Part shown: positions 8,486 through 16,226 of the stretch, one piece after another
How the letters are laid out: each line of letters begins with the position of its first letter
Position numbering within the stretch: position 1 is the first letter of the stretch
Assembly: GCA_017998135.1 (NCBI GenBank)
Contig: JAGODS010000001.1
Location: 1 to 46,657 of the forward strand
Direction: 5' to 3'
Length of the DNA: 46,657 nt
DNA from: Bacteroidales bacterium
Lineage (GTDB): Bacteria; Bacteroidota; Bacteroidia; Bacteroidales; JAGODS01
Program-made: the position numbers and the translations under genes
The notes under the pieces: generated by a model
What the model saw: only the letters and a program-made list of their open reading frames with translations
Database searches by the model: none
What the model was told of the DNA's origin: nothing

Positions 8486-10637
8486 AAGTTTTTTAATTTT
8501 ACTTTTATTAGCTTTGTTTTTTTCAGGTTTTAAAGGTAAAACACAGAATAAATCAAAAGAAATTACCATAGAAGATATTTGGCTTAATTATAAGTTTTAT
8601 CCCAGAAATATAGATAATATATATCATTTAAAAGATGGAGAACATTACTGTATTGAGGAAGAGGGAAGAATAATGAAATATTCATATAATAGCGTTAGCG
8701 CAGGTGAGCTTATAATGCCTAAAATATCAATAAAGCCTGATAACTTTAGTTTTAGTGAAAACGAACAAAAAATTCTTATTGCTGCTGAAACTGAAAGAAT
8801 TTACAGATATTCAGTCAAAGCTACTTATTTTGTTTATGACATTAAAAGCAGTCAGTTGAAAAGTCTGACAGATAAAGGCAAAGTTATATATCCTGCTTTT
8901 TCACCTGACGGGTCTAAAGTAGCTTTTGTTTACGAAAATAATATATATATTAAAAATCTTGAAGATAATACGGAAACACAGATAAGCGCCGATGGATTAA
9001 AAGATAAAATCATTAATGGTATGCCTGATTGGGTTTATGAAGAAGAATTTGACCTGCGGCAAGCCTACCAGTGGTCGCCCGATGGCAGCAAACTGATTTG
9101 GTTCAGATTTGATGAGTCTGCGGTTAAGCAATACCAGCTTACTTTTTATAAAGATTTATATAACGAAACATATAATTATAAATATCCCAAAGCAGGAGAG
9201 GCTAATTCAATAGTAGAGCTTTTTATTTATGATTTAAAAAGCAAATCTGTTAAAAAAATAGATACAGGCAAAGAAACTGACCAATATCTGCCTGTGGTTC
9301 AATGGACTGCTTTAGAGGATAAATTATCTGTTCAAAAGCTTAACCGCATGCAGAATAAACTGGAAATTCTTATTGCGGACATTAATTCAGGAAATACAGA
9401 TATAATTTATACAGAGTCAAACAAGTATTATATTGATGTTATTAAAAATCTGACTTTTCTCAAAGATAATAAGCAGATAATTCTTAATAGCGAAAGAGAC
9501 GGGTATAATCATATTTATATATATAACATAAAAAGCGGGCAATATCAACAGCTTACAAAAGGGAGCTGGGATGTTACGGATATTGAAGGAGTAAATCAAT
9601 CAAAAAAAATTATATATTATAGTTCTGTTGAGGAATCTCCGCTCGAAAAAGCTCTGTATTCAATAGATTTTGAAGGGAAAAACAAAAAATTAATTTCATC
9701 TAAAAAAGGAGCTAATACAGTTGATTTTAGTAGAACTTACAGGTATTATATAAATACTTTTTCTGATAAATCGACGCCTCCTGTTTATACAATAAATACT
9801 TCAGATGGAAAAGAGTTAAGAGTATTGGAAAATAATGAAGGCTTAGCTCAGACTCTTAAGCAATATAATTTTGGTAAAACGGAGTTTTTTAAATTTAAAA
9901 CTGATGAAAATATAGAATTAAACGGATGGATGCTCAAGCCCGCCGACTTTAATCCGGCAAATAAATATCCGGTTTTAATGACTGTTTACGGGGGACCCGG
10001 TTCGCAAACAGTTAAAAACAACTGGGGAGGGCAGGATTTTGTTTGGTATCAGATGCTCGCAGCAAAGGGTTATATAATTGTTTCGGTTGATAATCGAGGC
10101 ACCGGAGCAAGAGGCGAAGAGTTTAAGAAATGTACATATCAGAAAATAGGGGTTTTAGAGAGTGATGACCAGATAGCTGCTGCTAAGTATTTAGGTGCTT
10201 TACCTTTTATAGATGCCTCCAGGATAGGTATATGGGGCTGGAGCTATGGCGGGTATATGACCGCTCTTTGTCTTACAAAAGGGGCTGAATGGTTTAAAAT
10301 GGGAGTAGCTGTCGCTCCTGTTACTGATTGGCGTTTTTATGATAATGTTTATGCGGAAAGATTTATGAGGCGACCTGTTGATAATGAAAAGGGTTATGCC
10401 CAAAGTTCTGTTATGACTTATATTGATAATTTTAAAGGCAAACTTTTGATAATACACGGTTCTACAGACGACAATGTACATCTTCAGAATACAATGGTAT
10501 TTACTACTGCTATGAATAAAGCAAATAAGCATTTTGATATGTTTATTTATCCGGATAAAAACCATTTTATTTATGGCGGTAATACCCGCTGCCATCTATT
10601 CAATAAAATAACTGAATATATATTAAAGAATTTATAA
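8475..10637 (+). CDS. Dipeptidyl-peptidase IV (S9B prolyl oligopeptidase family)
   Basis: ORF 8370..10637. Met36 (8475) gives signal peptide MKNRSFLILLLLALFFSGF and overlaps the nadD stop by 11 nt. The DPP4 hallmark DWVYEEEF, the nucleophile motif GIWGWSYGGYM, and Asp/His in HGSTDDNVH and DKNHFI are present. Confidence 0.9.
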   Translation: MKNRSFLILLLLALFFSGFKGKTQNKSKEITIEDIWLNYKFYPRNIDNIYHLKDGEHYCIEEEGRIMKYSYNSVSAGELIMPKISIKPDNFSFSENEQKILIAAETERIYRYSVKATYFVYDIKSSQLKSLTDKGKVIYPAFSPDGSKVAFVYENNIYIKNLEDNTETQISADGLKDKIINGMPDWVYEEEFDLRQAYQWSPDGSKLIWFRFDESAVKQYQLTFYKDLYNETYNYKYPKAGEANSIVELFIYDLKSKSVKKIDTGKETDQYLPVVQWTALEDKLSVQKLNRMQNKLEILIADINSGNTDIIYTESNKYYIDVIKNLTFLKDNKQIILNSERDGYNHIYIYNIKSGQYQQLTKGSWDVTDIEGVNQSKKIIYYSSVEESPLEKALYSIDFEGKNKKLISSKKGANTVDFSRTYRYYINTFSDKSTPPVYTINTSDGKELRVLENNEGLAQTLKQYNFGKTEFFKFKTDENIELNGWMLKPADFNPANKYPVLMTVYGGPGSQTVKNNWGGQDFVWYQMLAAKGYIIVSVDNRGTGARGEEFKKCTYQKIGVLESDDQIAAAKYLGALPFIDASRIGIWGWSYGGYMTALCLTKGAEWFKMGVAVAPVTDWRFYDNVYAERFMRRPVDNEKGYAQSSVMTYIDNFKGKLLIIHGSTDDNVHLQNTMVFTTAMNKANKHFDMFIYPDKNHFIYGGNTRCHLFNKITEYILKNL

Positions 10638-10640
10638 TAA

Positions 10641-11369
10641 ATGAGCACTCAGGACAAAAAAACAATAGAGGTTTGTTTTTCCCCGGTATTATATCCTTAC
10701 ATATTAAACAATAAAGACTATATTACAGTAATTATAGATGTTTTAAGAGCGACAACATCTATTTGTGCAGCACTTAATAACGGAGCGACTAAGATAATAC
10801 CTGTCGCCGCATTAGAAAGAGCCAAAGAACTTAAAGAGCAAGGGTTTACAGTAGCAGCGGAGCGAAACGGAATAAAATCTGATTTTGCCGATTTAGGTAA
10901 TTCGCCTTTTAATTTTTCAGAAAATAATGTTAAAGGAAAAGATATAGTATATAGTACTACCAACGGCACTATGGCTATAGAAATGGCTATGAAAAACGGA
11001 CCTGTTATTATTCTTAGTTTTAATAATCTTAGTGCAGTAGCAAATTTTTTATTTGAAAAAAGAAAAAATGTTCTGATCTTATGTGCAGGCTGGAAAAACA
11101 AATTTAATCTTGAAGATTCGGTCTGTGCAGGCGCTTTGGTTGATAAGCTATGTAATAAGTCTGGATTTGCTATTAACTGTGATGCAGCCTCTGCATCTCT
11201 TGATTTATGGAAGCTTGCCAAAAGCGATTTGTCAAAATATATGGAAAAAGCCCTTCACAGGCACAGATTAAAAAAAATGGGTTTAGATGATGTCCTCCCG
11301 CTTTGCTTTAGTATTGATACTTTAGATATTGTTCCTGTTTTAAAAGATGGGGCTATTGTTAAAGCTTAA
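10641..11369 (+). CDS. 2-phosphosulfolactate phosphatase (ComB) family protein
   Basis: 242 aa. VIIDVLRATTSICAAL and ERNG...DLGNSP match the ComB-family signature as I recall it. Confidence 0.7.
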   Translation: MSTQDKKTIEVCFSPVLYPYILNNKDYITVIIDVLRATTSICAALNNGATKIIPVAALERAKELKEQGFTVAAERNGIKSDFADLGNSPFNFSENNVKGKDIVYSTTNGTMAIEMAMKNGPVIILSFNNLSAVANFLFEKRKNVLILCAGWKNKFNLEDSVCAGALVDKLCNKSGFAINCDAASASLDLWKLAKSDLSKYMEKALHRHRLKKMGLDDVLPLCFSIDTLDIVPVLKDGAIVKA

Positions 11370-11370
11370 G

Positions 11371-12231
11371 TTATCCTAAAGCTATTATTGTAATAGCAAG
11401 GCAGGCAGCTAACAAGCCAAACCAATTCACAGGACGCAGCTTTTCTTTAAAGAAAAAATATCCTACTAAGGCTGTCAGACTAACGAGACTTACATTAAAA
11501 ACAGGAAAAATAAAGGTACTTTGATATGCGGAGATAGCTTTAATAAAAAAGAAAGTTCCGAAAAAGTTGAATAAACCTAACGTAAAACCCGCTATTATAT
11601 TCTTATTTTGGATTTTTTCTTTATTATAAAATAACTTGAATATTATTATTAAACTCCCTATCAGTAAAGCTATCCCAAAAATTATTATCATAAAAAGCAA
11701 GACGCTGTTATTATTTGACAAAAAAGTCTTTTGCGAATAATTTTGCATTGTGTCATTAAAACCATTAGTAGTAAATAATAGTAAAGGCAACCAGAAATAT
11801 TCTTTTCTGAATGGAATATCTTTCTCTTTTTTAAAAATCAGGTAAAAGGCAAGCAGGGTAAGAAAAAAGCCAATTATTTTATTTATATTAAAACTATCAT
11901 TAAAAAGCAAAATCCCGGAATAAACAGGAATAATAACTGACATTTTGCTTGATACTGTTGATAAAGCAATACCTATCTTTTTTACTGAAAATGCGTAAAG
12001 GTTAAACATTAATATAAATCCACAGCCTATTATCATTGCATAGTAAAACCAGGTCTCATTTATAATGCCTGTGTTTAGACTATTACCTTTGTAAAGTAAA
12101 ACGGAAACCCCCAGTGATATTACATAATTAAAAGTTATTGCCTGGAAATTATTAATGTTAAATTTGCCGAAATACTTGATAACAATACTGACAAATACAG
12201 AGGAGAGCAATGCGAGAAAGAGGTAAATCAT
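11371..12231 (-). CDS. DMT/EamA-like 10-TM membrane transporter
   Basis: 286 aa and hydrophobic throughout, with about 10 predicted helices arranged as two similar halves. The family assignment rests on architecture only. Confidence 0.5.
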   Translation of the reverse strand: MIYLFLALLSSVFVSIVIKYFGKFNINNFQAITFNYVISLGVSVLLYKGNSLNTGIINETWFYYAMIIGCGFILMFNLYAFSVKKIGIALSTVSSKMSVIIPVYSGILLFNDSFNINKIIGFFLTLLAFYLIFKKEKDIPFRKEYFWLPLLLFTTNGFNDTMQNYSQKTFLSNNNSVLLFMIIIFGIALLIGSLIIIFKLFYNKEKIQNKNIIAGFTLGLFNFFGTFFFIKAISAYQSTFIFPVFNVSLVSLTALVGYFFFKEKLRPVNWFGLLAACLAITIIALG

Positions 12232-12311
12232 AAGGTTTTGATTATATAACTGCAGGAAACATCGCTAATAACAACATATTAATAATAATAAACTAATAAA
12301 GGTTTACCAGA

Positions 12312-12363
12312 TTAGTCGAAGCGTCCTTGTTTCAGGTTAGGCGAAGCGTCCTCGCTTTGTCTA
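12312..12363. repeat. R1 hairpin family, tandem pair (one partial, one full)
   Basis: TTAGTCGAAGCGTCCTTGTTTCAGG followed by TTAGGCGAAGCG-TCCT-CGCTTTGTCTA. The stem is about 12 bp with a 4-nt loop. Confidence 0.7.
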
Positions 12364-12413
12364 TACACAATTATTTTTGTATTATATGTTCAAAGGAGAA
12401 TTAAAAATAATGT

Positions 12414-12926
12414 TTACATTCTGAGTTTTTTAAAATCTTCTTTCATACGGTTAAGGTCATTAATCCAGTCTTCAATATCCTGCTCGTGTTCCAGTTCTTC
12501 GTTAAGAATAGTAAGAGCCATCTGATGAGTATTAAAATCTTTACCGTTTGTAAATTCTGCTATATCCTGATAACGTTTGATAGCACATCGTTCGCCTTTA
12601 AGATTCTGTTCAAGTATCACTTCAATATAAGGATCTGTAGGGGCATCATAGTCGCAGGCAGCGAGTTTAAACCATTCGGAAGGATGAATAACGGGTTTGC
12701 CGCCAAGCTGTATTATCCTGTTTACAACCAAAACAGCATGATTTAGCTCTTGTGTGGCGTGTAAAAGTAGTTCAGGTTCTACTTCTGAGCGCATAGGTCC
12801 TTCCATTAGTCTTGCACCTATCCAATATTGATAATAAGCCAGCCACTCTTCAGATAAAGCAGCATTTAATTTTTTTAGTAATTCTTCTACATCTATTTGA
12901 AGAATATTAATAGCATTTTGTCCCAT
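12414..12926 (-). CDS. Dps-like / ferritin-like four-helix-bundle protein
   Basis: 170 aa. LNAALSEEWLAYYQYW...ATQELNHA...LNEELEHEQD provides the paired E/ExxH di-iron ligand pattern of ferritin-like proteins. It resembles the Dps-like (DpsL) subgroup. Confidence 0.7.
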   Translation of the reverse strand: MGQNAINILQIDVEELLKKLNAALSEEWLAYYQYWIGARLMEGPMRSEVEPELLLHATQELNHAVLVVNRIIQLGGKPVIHPSEWFKLAACDYDAPTDPYIEVILEQNLKGERCAIKRYQDIAEFTNGKDFNTHQMALTILNEELEHEQDIEDWINDLNRMKEDFKKLRM

Positions 12927-12977
12927 AATAAATATTTAATGATTTATTTTGATGCAAAAATAGTAATTTTTATTTAT

Positions 12978-14192
12978 TTATTGTATGCTTATCTTGTATG
13001 TTTTTATTAAATTGTTGGCAGTAAATCTGATAATATATAACCCGGGATTAAGTAAAGTGGTTGGTATTTTTAAATTATAAGAACCCTTAGATTTATTCTC
13101 ATTTTTAAGCAAACAGATAGTTCGTCCTGAAACATCGCTAATACTAATATTAATAATTGCATTTTCATTAATAAAATAGGTTAAATTGATTTCAGAAGAA
13201 GCGGGATTTGGAAAGGCGTTCAGATAAATTTTGTCTGAAGATGTATTATTATCTACTGAAGCAGGATTATATATTTCTGCAATAGCGGCTGCAGTTGCAG
13301 TTACAGATTGTGTTATTTTTACAGTCTGTTCTTTATTATTGGCTGATTTATCAATAAGATCATTGGCAGAATGATGATGGGGCGACATGTGATTTGTTCC
13401 GAACATAGAGTATAAGCCTTCAGAAGGCATAATTGCTTTATATCCGCTTTTCCAGAAGGCTGCCATATCCGAAGAGGCGCCATAAGGCATTGGGACATTT
13501 TTTACTGTAAAACCAGGTATATACATTGCAGTATAACCCGCATATAGCTTGCGAAAGGGAACGGAATTGCTGTCGAGATAAACATCAGAGTTGATAGGGT
13601 CGCCGGGATATAAATAGGAAATAGCATCCATAGCCATTACACCGATTATTTTATCCCCTTTTTTCTTAGCTTCTGATGCATAAGCCGTACTTCCTAAAAT
13701 TCCCTGCTCTTCTCCTGAAAAACAAATAAGTTTTATAGTTCTTTTAAAATCATAATTTGCTAAAACTCTACCGGCTTCCATTGTAGCGACTGTTCCGCTT
13801 CCATTATCATCGGCTCCCGGAGCGCTTTTGGCATACACATCATAATGTGCTCCAATGATTACTGATGTATCCTGACTTATTTTCCCATATTTAATAGCTA
13901 TTACATTTGGAATGTGTTTTGAGTTATATGAATGTAAATAAACTGTATCATAGCCAAGTCTTTCAAAATATTTTTTAAGATAATTTGAAGATACAATCGC
14001 GTCTGTGGATAATGAATATCTTTCAATGCTTTGAAGATAAGCGAGATTTTTCCATAAGGTATCAATATTAACCTTATCGACGATTTTTTGGATAGTTTGG
14101 TCATAAGGATGAAGAGATTGGGTAAAAACCTTTGAATTACTTGTAAATAATAGTATATTTATAACTAATAGTAACAATAAATAACGTTTCAT
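12978..14192 (-). CDS. M28-family aminopeptidase with T9SS type-A C-terminal sorting domain
   Basis: 404 aa with a signal peptide. M28 metal-ligand motifs are GAHYDV, GADDNGSG, FSGEEQGILGS and HHSANDL. The last ~85 aa (IYLNAFPNPASSEINLTY...GLYIIRFTANNLIKTYKISIQ) are a typical Por/T9SS C-terminal domain. Confidence 0.85.
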   Translation of the reverse strand: MKRYLLLLLVINILLFTSNSKVFTQSLHPYDQTIQKIVDKVNIDTLWKNLAYLQSIERYSLSTDAIVSSNYLKKYFERLGYDTVYLHSYNSKHIPNVIAIKYGKISQDTSVIIGAHYDVYAKSAPGADDNGSGTVATMEAGRVLANYDFKRTIKLICFSGEEQGILGSTAYASEAKKKGDKIIGVMAMDAISYLYPGDPINSDVYLDSNSVPFRKLYAGYTAMYIPGFTVKNVPMPYGASSDMAAFWKSGYKAIMPSEGLYSMFGTNHMSPHHHSANDLIDKSANNKEQTVKITQSVTATAAAIAEIYNPASVDNNTSSDKIYLNAFPNPASSEINLTYFINENAIINISISDVSGRTICLLKNENKSKGSYNLKIPTTLLNPGLYIIRFTANNLIKTYKISIQ

Positions 14193-14273
14193 AATTTGAA
14201 GGATTAATTTTTAAATTAGGTTTACAAAAGTAAATATTTTTTAATAAGGAATATATATATATAATGATATTAT

Positions 14274-14472
14274 CCAAAAAACCCCGCAGGGATGAAAGGA
14301 TGGTAAAAAATCTTTATAATAATATTTTCCAAAAAACCCCGCAGAGGGTGAAAGGATGGTAAAAAATCTATATAATAATATTTTCTAAAAAACCCCGTAG
14401 GGGTGAAAGGATGGTAGGAAATATATATAATGAAAATTTCCAAAAAACCCCGCAGGGGTGAAAGGATGGTAG
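14274..14472 (-). repeat. Tandem array 1: four copies of the 33-nt core TACCATCCTTTCACCCCTGCGGGGTTTTTTGG (read on the minus strand), period 55-56 bp
   Basis: On the plus strand the cores start at 14274, 14329, 14385 and 14440 (CCAAAAAACCCCGCAGGGGTGAAAGGATGGTA). The inter-core AT-rich segments are near-identical to each other (AAAAATCTTTATAATAATATTTT and AAAAATCTATATAATAATATTTT). Confidence 0.85.
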
Positions 14473-14567
14473 CGAAAAAATGGCAGATTATTTTCTTCTG
14501 AAAAAATTATATTATTTTTGTAAAATTATTCAAAATAAATTCTTTTAATAATTACTGGATAATAATA

Positions 14568-15113
14568 ATGGAATCTAAACTGGAAAAAATATTAACAGGC
14601 AACTATAAAGCAGAATTGATTTTATACTTAAAGCAACAGCCCGAAGCCTTTGAAGAAGCTATCCTGTTAGCCCTTTCGGATAAAAAGCCCTATTCGTGGC
14701 GAGCAGCCTGGATATTATGGAGCAGTATGGATTATAACGATAAACGCATACAGTCTTATGTTCAAAAAATAATAGAAATACTGCCATCAAAAACTGATAA
14801 CATAAAACGGGAACTAATGATGATATTGCAACGTATGGAAATTGATGAAGATCTGGAAGGAAAACTATTTGACATTTGTTTGAATATATGGGAACAGACA
14901 GATAAACAAGCCTCAGTCAGACATAATGCCTTCAGACTGATAGTTAAAATAGCAAAAAAATATCCGGAATTATTAAAAGAAATAATATTCCTTACTGAAT
15001 CGCAATATATAGAGAACCTGTCAAACGGAGTTAAACGAGCGGTTTTAAAATTACTTGCAAATATTCAAACCGACCACTCGCCTGTTCTCCCCAAAAAACT
15101 TAAGGTGAGCTAA
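14568..15113 (+). CDS. Hypothetical all-helical (HEAT/ARM-like) protein
   Basis: 181-aa ORF with helical-repeat character (SWRAAWILW, RHNAFRLIVKIAKKYPELL). No catalytic motif was recognised. Confidence 0.5.
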   Translation: MESKLEKILTGNYKAELILYLKQQPEAFEEAILLALSDKKPYSWRAAWILWSSMDYNDKRIQSYVQKIIEILPSKTDNIKRELMMILQRMEIDEDLEGKLFDICLNIWEQTDKQASVRHNAFRLIVKIAKKYPELLKEIIFLTESQYIENLSNGVKRAVLKLLANIQTDHSPVLPKKLKVS

Positions 15114-15232
15114 AACCCTCAACTCGCCTTTTTCCCTTATTCTGCTAAGAAATTGATAAATACATATTAATAAACCCTGAAAGGGCAATAAAAATTATAT
15201 CTATGATGTAACTCTAAAAAAGTATTTAAAAT

Positions 15233-15259
15233 TTGACAAAGCGTGGACGCTTCGCCTAA
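15233..15259. repeat. R1 hairpin family copy (complementary orientation)
   Basis: TTGACAAAGCG-TGGA-CGCTTCGCCTAA. The reverse complement matches the copy at 12337 apart from the loop and one arm base. Confidence 0.7.
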
Positions 15260-15303
15260 TGGTTAATGTGAGAAAACTATCTATTCCCCTATCAAAAGAG
15301 ATT

Positions 15304-15384
15304 AGCGGGTATTAGGTAGCGGGTATTGAATAATCAAAGGATAAAAAAATATTAAATAATTTTAGACTTTTTATCCTATGCACG
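15304..15384. repeat. Heptamer-repeat module (GGGTATT type) followed by R7 module
   Basis: AGCGGGTATTAGGTAGCGGGTATTGAATAAT, then GGATAAAAAAATATTAAATAATTTTAGACTTTTTATCCTATGCACG. Confidence 0.65.
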
Positions 15385-15407
15385 TTTTTAAATTTATATT
15401 TTATATA

Positions 15408-15430
15408 TTCATAATCTATTGATTATAAAT
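15408..15430. repeat. AT-rich palindromic module R9 (ATAATCTATTGATTATAAAT)
   Basis: TTCATAATCTATTGATTATAAAT. A second copy lies at 40334..40356. The core ATAATC-TATT-GATTAT is palindromic. Confidence 0.6.
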
Positions 15431-15620
15431 GTTCATATAAAACATTAATAAAAAAAATTATTCGCAATTTTGGACTTATATACAAACATTAATGATATTT
15501 TAATCTCATTTTTTCACTTTACTTATTAAAAATTTTGCCCAATTCTTTTTTATACTTAAAAAAAAATTATTTTTTTTATCATTTAACTTATTGATTTAAT
15601 AAAAGTAAACAGAATAATTT

Positions 15621-15654
15621 TTGTGAAAAAGATAACATTGTGAAAAAAATAACA
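15621..15654 (+). promoter_or_regulatory. Tandem 17-bp direct repeat upstream of the hydrogenase operon
   Basis: TTGTGAAAAAGATAACA followed immediately by TTGTGAAAAAAATAACA. Each unit begins with the Rex-type half-site TTGTGAA. The repeat lies about 100-135 bp upstream of the hydC ATG. Confidence 0.3.
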
Positions 15655-15685
15655 AAAAAAATATACCAGATATTAAAATAAGATA

Positions 15686-15693
15686 TATTTTTG
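15686..15693 (+). promoter_or_regulatory. Candidate -7 promoter box for the hydrogenase operon
   Basis: TATTTTTG matches the Bacteroidota TAnnTTTG consensus and lies 63 nt upstream of the ATG at 15756. No clear -33 TTTG was seen. Confidence 0.3.
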
Positions 15694-15703
15694 CACCCGA
15701 AAA

Positions 15704-15738
15704 CTGTTAAAAAAATAACAGTGTTATTTTGTTCACAA
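15704..15738 (+). promoter_or_regulatory. Two adjacent Rex-operator-like inverted repeats in the hydC leader
   Basis: Box A is CTGTTAAAAAAATAACAG (15704..15721; the perfect 7-bp arms ACTGTTA / TAACAGT span 15703..15722). Box B is GTGTTATTTTGTTCACAA (15721..15738, with an exact TTCACAA right half-site). Both resemble TTGT(G/T)AA-N4-TTCACAA. Confidence 0.35.
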
Positions 15739-15755
15739 ATATAAATTAAGATATT

Positions 15756-16226
15756 ATGACGGAAATAATAGAAAAAATATTAGAAAATTATCCTGATGCC
15801 AAAAGGGACAGCTTAATACCCCTACTTCAGGATGTTCAGGATAAATTGGGTTACATCTCTGAAGAATCAGTAGTAATTGTCGGCAAACATCTGAATCTGC
15901 CGACAAGTAAGATTTTTGGGGTCGCTACCTTCTATAACCAGTTCAGATTTGAACCTAAAGGCAAATATCATATACAGGTATGCAGGGGAACTGCCTGTCA
16001 CGTGTTAGGTTCATCAACAGTATTACAGGAGCTTGAAAAACAATTAAAACTAAAAGCCGGTCAAACTTCTAAAGATAAACTTTTTAGTTTAGAAATTGTT
16101 GCTTGTATTGGCGCCTGTGGTTTAGCTCCAGTTATTACACTTAATGGCGAATTTATTGCCAAAGTGGATTCTCAAAAGATTCAAGATTTAGTTAAAAACA
16201 TTAAAGAGCAGGAGATACAAAAATGA
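15756..16226 (+). CDS. hydC: [FeFe]-hydrogenase NuoE-like [2Fe-2S] subunit (HydC/HndA type)
   Basis: 156 aa. The thioredoxin-like ferredoxin pattern CRGTACHV...CIGACGLAP is typical of the NuoE/24-kDa family. The stop overlaps the next start (ATGA at 16223). Confidence 0.85.
   Translation: MTEIIEKILENYPDAKRDSLIPLLQDVQDKLGYISEESVVIVGKHLNLPTSKIFGVATFYNQFRFEPKGKYHIQVCRGTACHVLGSSTVLQELEKQLKLKAGQTSKDKLFSLEIVACIGACGLAPVITLNGEFIAKVDSQKIQDLVKNIKEQEIQK

Noticed and set aside
10641-11369. A ComB (coenzyme M pathway) homologue and the orphan LutC-like gene (26307..26945) as signs of unusual metabolism
   Set aside because: As I recall, single ComB-family and LUD-domain genes are widespread in bacteria without coenzyme M biosynthesis or a LutABC operon. 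With no partner genes in the window there is nothing to support a pathway claim.
14274-14305. Similarity of the repeat core ACCATCCTTTC to the 16S rRNA 3' tail (CACCTCCTTTC), suggesting an anti-SD mimic or decoy
   Set aside because: The match needs an indel and covers only about 10 nt of pyrimidine-rich sequence. Without expression data or conservation this is most likely coincidence.
14274-14472. CRISPR array interpretation of the two regularly spaced repeat arrays (also 30236..30507)
   Set aside because: The 'spacers' are only about 21-25 bp, AT-rich and nearly identical to each other within each array. One array unit contains duplicated birA coding sequence. No cas genes or leader-like asymmetry are present. 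This is a satellite or tandem-repeat structure, not CRISPR.
14300-14500. Mini-ORFs in array 1, each preceded by a GAAAGGA Shine-Dalgarno-like word (e.g. MVKNLYNNIFQKTPQRVKGW)
   Set aside because: The 55-56 bp period is not a multiple of 3, so each unit yields a different, very short peptide (10-20 aa). The ATG directly abuts the SD-like word with no spacing. Bacteroidota rarely use SD-dependent initiation. This is most likely a by-product of the repeat sequence.
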